A stretch of DNA of 50,798 bases from Chromera velia. Lineage: Eukaryota. The DNA is taken from positions 1 through 50,798 of the forward strand of contig JAHBMJ010000303.1 of the NCBI GenBank assembly GCA_018398765.1. The letters run 5' to 3'. Position 1 is the first letter of the stretch. Every line of letters starts with the position of its first letter. The translations under genes were made by a program, and so were the position numbers. This document shows positions 48,584 to 50,798 of the stretch, piece by piece. Under the pieces are notes generated by a model. The model did no database searches. It was given only the letters and a program-made list of their open reading frames with translations, and was not told the DNA's origin.

Positions 48584-49517
48584 TTGGCTCTGGATTTGTG
48601 AGTGCATGCAGATTGCAGTGCACCGGCGTCGTGAAATTCTAAAAATTCTAAGCGGCCCCCAGGGTTGGATGCTGAAGGCGTTCCTGTATCCCCTGATCTT
48701 CCCTGCCGCCGTGGTGGCGGGCGCCCTGGACCCCGAGAGAACTTGGCAACACTGGCGGTCCGGGGGGGCGCGGGTGGAGGCGGTTGATCAGTACGAAGAG
48801 GACGAGGAGGGGGGGGGTGGGCAGGCGGAAGGGGGCGAAGAGGAAGACTGGGCTTTGGAGGAGAAGGAAGCGTTCGTTGGCAACTGGGCGGAGGTTCTGT
48901 TCATAGTAGAGGATGTAACGTCGATGGGGTTCAACGCTGCGGTGGCGTTTTCCACGATCAAGGGGCTCTATTCTCTCCAGGTAGGTTTGTGGTCAAGCTC
49001 AGCTTCTCTCTCTGCAGCCCTCATAGAAGAGATCTTCTCCACTACCTAGCTCCACTACTCTCTCCATTGCCGTCATTCGATTGTCTCTCAGCTGTCTGTC
49101 TGTCGTCCTGCCTCCCCGAGAGGCTGTTTGTTTATCTGGTACTGCAGTAAGAGGAAGAAAGAGAACAGAAAAAGATCATCTTCTCTGTCTGCCTGTCTGT
49201 CAGAAGAAAGAAAATATGGACTGTCTGACGAAAAGAAGAAAAACATCTATCTGTCTTTCCGCAGGCTGCGAACTTCTTCTGCACCCTTTCCTCGTTTGTG
49301 GTGCGTCTGGTGATTGTTGAGTCGAAAAGGCGCAAGATGGCGCTCCAGGCGCTCATTAAGGCAAAGCGGGAGATCGTGGTCTCCGTTGAAAACAGAGCGT
49401 TCGTCGTCGAACAGGTCGGGATGGATGGATGGCACTTGGGTGACCTGACCGGTCGCTGTTTGTTGAGGAAGAGCGGAGAGGCTATGAAGAGCCGCAAGAC
49501 TAAAAGCTTCTCAGCCT

Positions 49518-49584
<67 letters not shown>

Positions 49585-49622
49585 GTGTGTGTGCGTGTGT
49601 GTATGTTTGTGTGTGTGCGTTT

Positions 49623-49712
<90 letters not shown>

Positions 49713-50798
49713 TGTGTGTGTGTGTGTTGTGTGTGTGTGTATGTATGTGTGTGTGTGTGTCTTGTTTTCTCCTCTCCTTTCGGCCATCGTCTTTCATTCA
49801 ATCTCTGTCCGATCCCCTCCTTCGTGACTGCAGCTGCAACGAGGAGACTTAGCAGAGCTGAAGAAGATGCAGGTGCGGCTGCAGATGGCTGAAGATGTTC
49901 AGGGATTCTCTCAGGAGTTTGTTGCGGGGAGAATGCCTGGTCTGACTGATCTTCAGGTGAGTGGGTGAATAGGTATGTGAGGGGGGGGAGATGCATCCCT
50001 CCATCCCTCTGAGCGCCTTTGTCTCGTGTTTTGTTTTTTATTTCAGAAGGTGGTCCTCAGCCGTTCCGTTTCATCAGTGTTCAATGTTCCATTTCTTTCC
50101 TTTTTCGCTCTCCTGTTTCTTTTTGGCGTTCTCCTTTCCTTTCTCTCTTCCTTTCACTCTCTCTCGCTCTCAGTTTCTCTATCTTCTTCGCGGCCTTTTA
50201 CCTGCCGGTCTTGCTGTGCCTGTGGGGGGAGGGGAGATACATCTTCTCCCCATGCACTCTTCTGACCCTTCCATCCCTCCTTTTCCCTCCCTTCCCTTCC
50301 CTTCCGGAAATGCCAGGTATCCCGTCCCGAGTTCGAGAGAGCCGTCGCGGGAGAGGAAAACAAAGAGCTTCATGGTGCGATCTGCCGCATGCTCGAGCAG
50401 GGCCAGATGTTGGCTCTCCAGTCCCTGAATGTTTCCGGATGTAGCTTTGGGGACGGTGGTGCGTCGGCGCTTCTCGAGATCATCAGAGGGGGCGCATTGC
50501 CGGAGCTTTCGTCCCTCAGGGCACAAAATTGCGATGTGGGGGCACGAGGGGCGGAGGCGTTTGGGTCTGCCTGCAGAGATGGTGTGCTGTCGGGTGTCCG
50601 CCTGTTGGATGTTCGGAAGAACGATTTTGGGGGGGAGTTGGGGAGGGACGAGGTGGGCGGAAGTTTTCTTCTTGGTCAGATGTCCGGCACGCTCGAGGCC
50701 GTAGTGCACCCGTCCAATCCTCAGTCGGCAGCTTTGAAGGGGCGAGTGGTGCTGGTGGACGGGTGGGGGAAGAATAAGCGCGATGAACTTTGGGAGCT
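46519..50798 (+). CDS. Multi-pass membrane protein with two 'ED'-containing TM modules and C-terminal RI-like leucine-rich repeats; 3'-truncated by the window
   Basis: In-phase GT-AG exons 46519-47096, 47434-47638, 48103-48219, 48663-48980, 49265-49414, 49834-49956 and 50317->50798. TM motifs LPLLVTEDGFSMAF and VLFIVEDVTSMGF. Last exon LQSLNVSGCSFGDGGASALLEIIRGGALPELSSLRAQNCDVGARGAEAF..VRLLDVRKNDFG has no stop before the edge. Confidence 0.82.
49522..49760. repeat. Intronic (CT)n(GT)n microsatellite, representative of many in the window
   Basis: Direct sequence. Similar tracts at ~11641, ~16493-16640, ~18700 and ~48490. Confidence 0.95.

Overview
Eukaryotic nuclear DNA with GT/GC-AG spliceosomal introns full of (GA)n, (GT)n and (CTTY)n microsatellites. 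Gene content and intron style suggest a myzozoan alveolate, probably a Chromera-like chromerid; this is inference, not an identification. Apparently intact multi-exon host genes: an acidic/basic C2H2 zinc-finger protein (-), an STE7/MAPKK kinase (+), a GILT-family thiol reductase (-), a hypothetical protein (+), and a multi-pass membrane protein with C-terminal RI-like LRRs that runs off the window (+). Interspersed are degenerate mobile or repeat-derived sequences: a frameshifted RING/TRAF-zinc-finger gene, an RT-less tyrosine-recombinase element, a GACT satellite, an intronless MYND pseudogene, and a ~15.7-kb Ty1/copia LTR retrotransposon whose ~3,600-codon polyprotein carries extra unknown domains. 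The strongest unexplained signal is a RIP-like or all-context cytosine-deamination process that appears confined to repeats. In my hand alignment, 47 of 49 substitutions between the two LTRs are transitions, spread over CpG, CpA, CpT and CpC. The in-frame stops and catalytic-motif lesions of the mobile ORFs are explained by C->T/G->A changes, while neighbouring host genes read through intact. All counts and gene models are manual and need computational confirmation.
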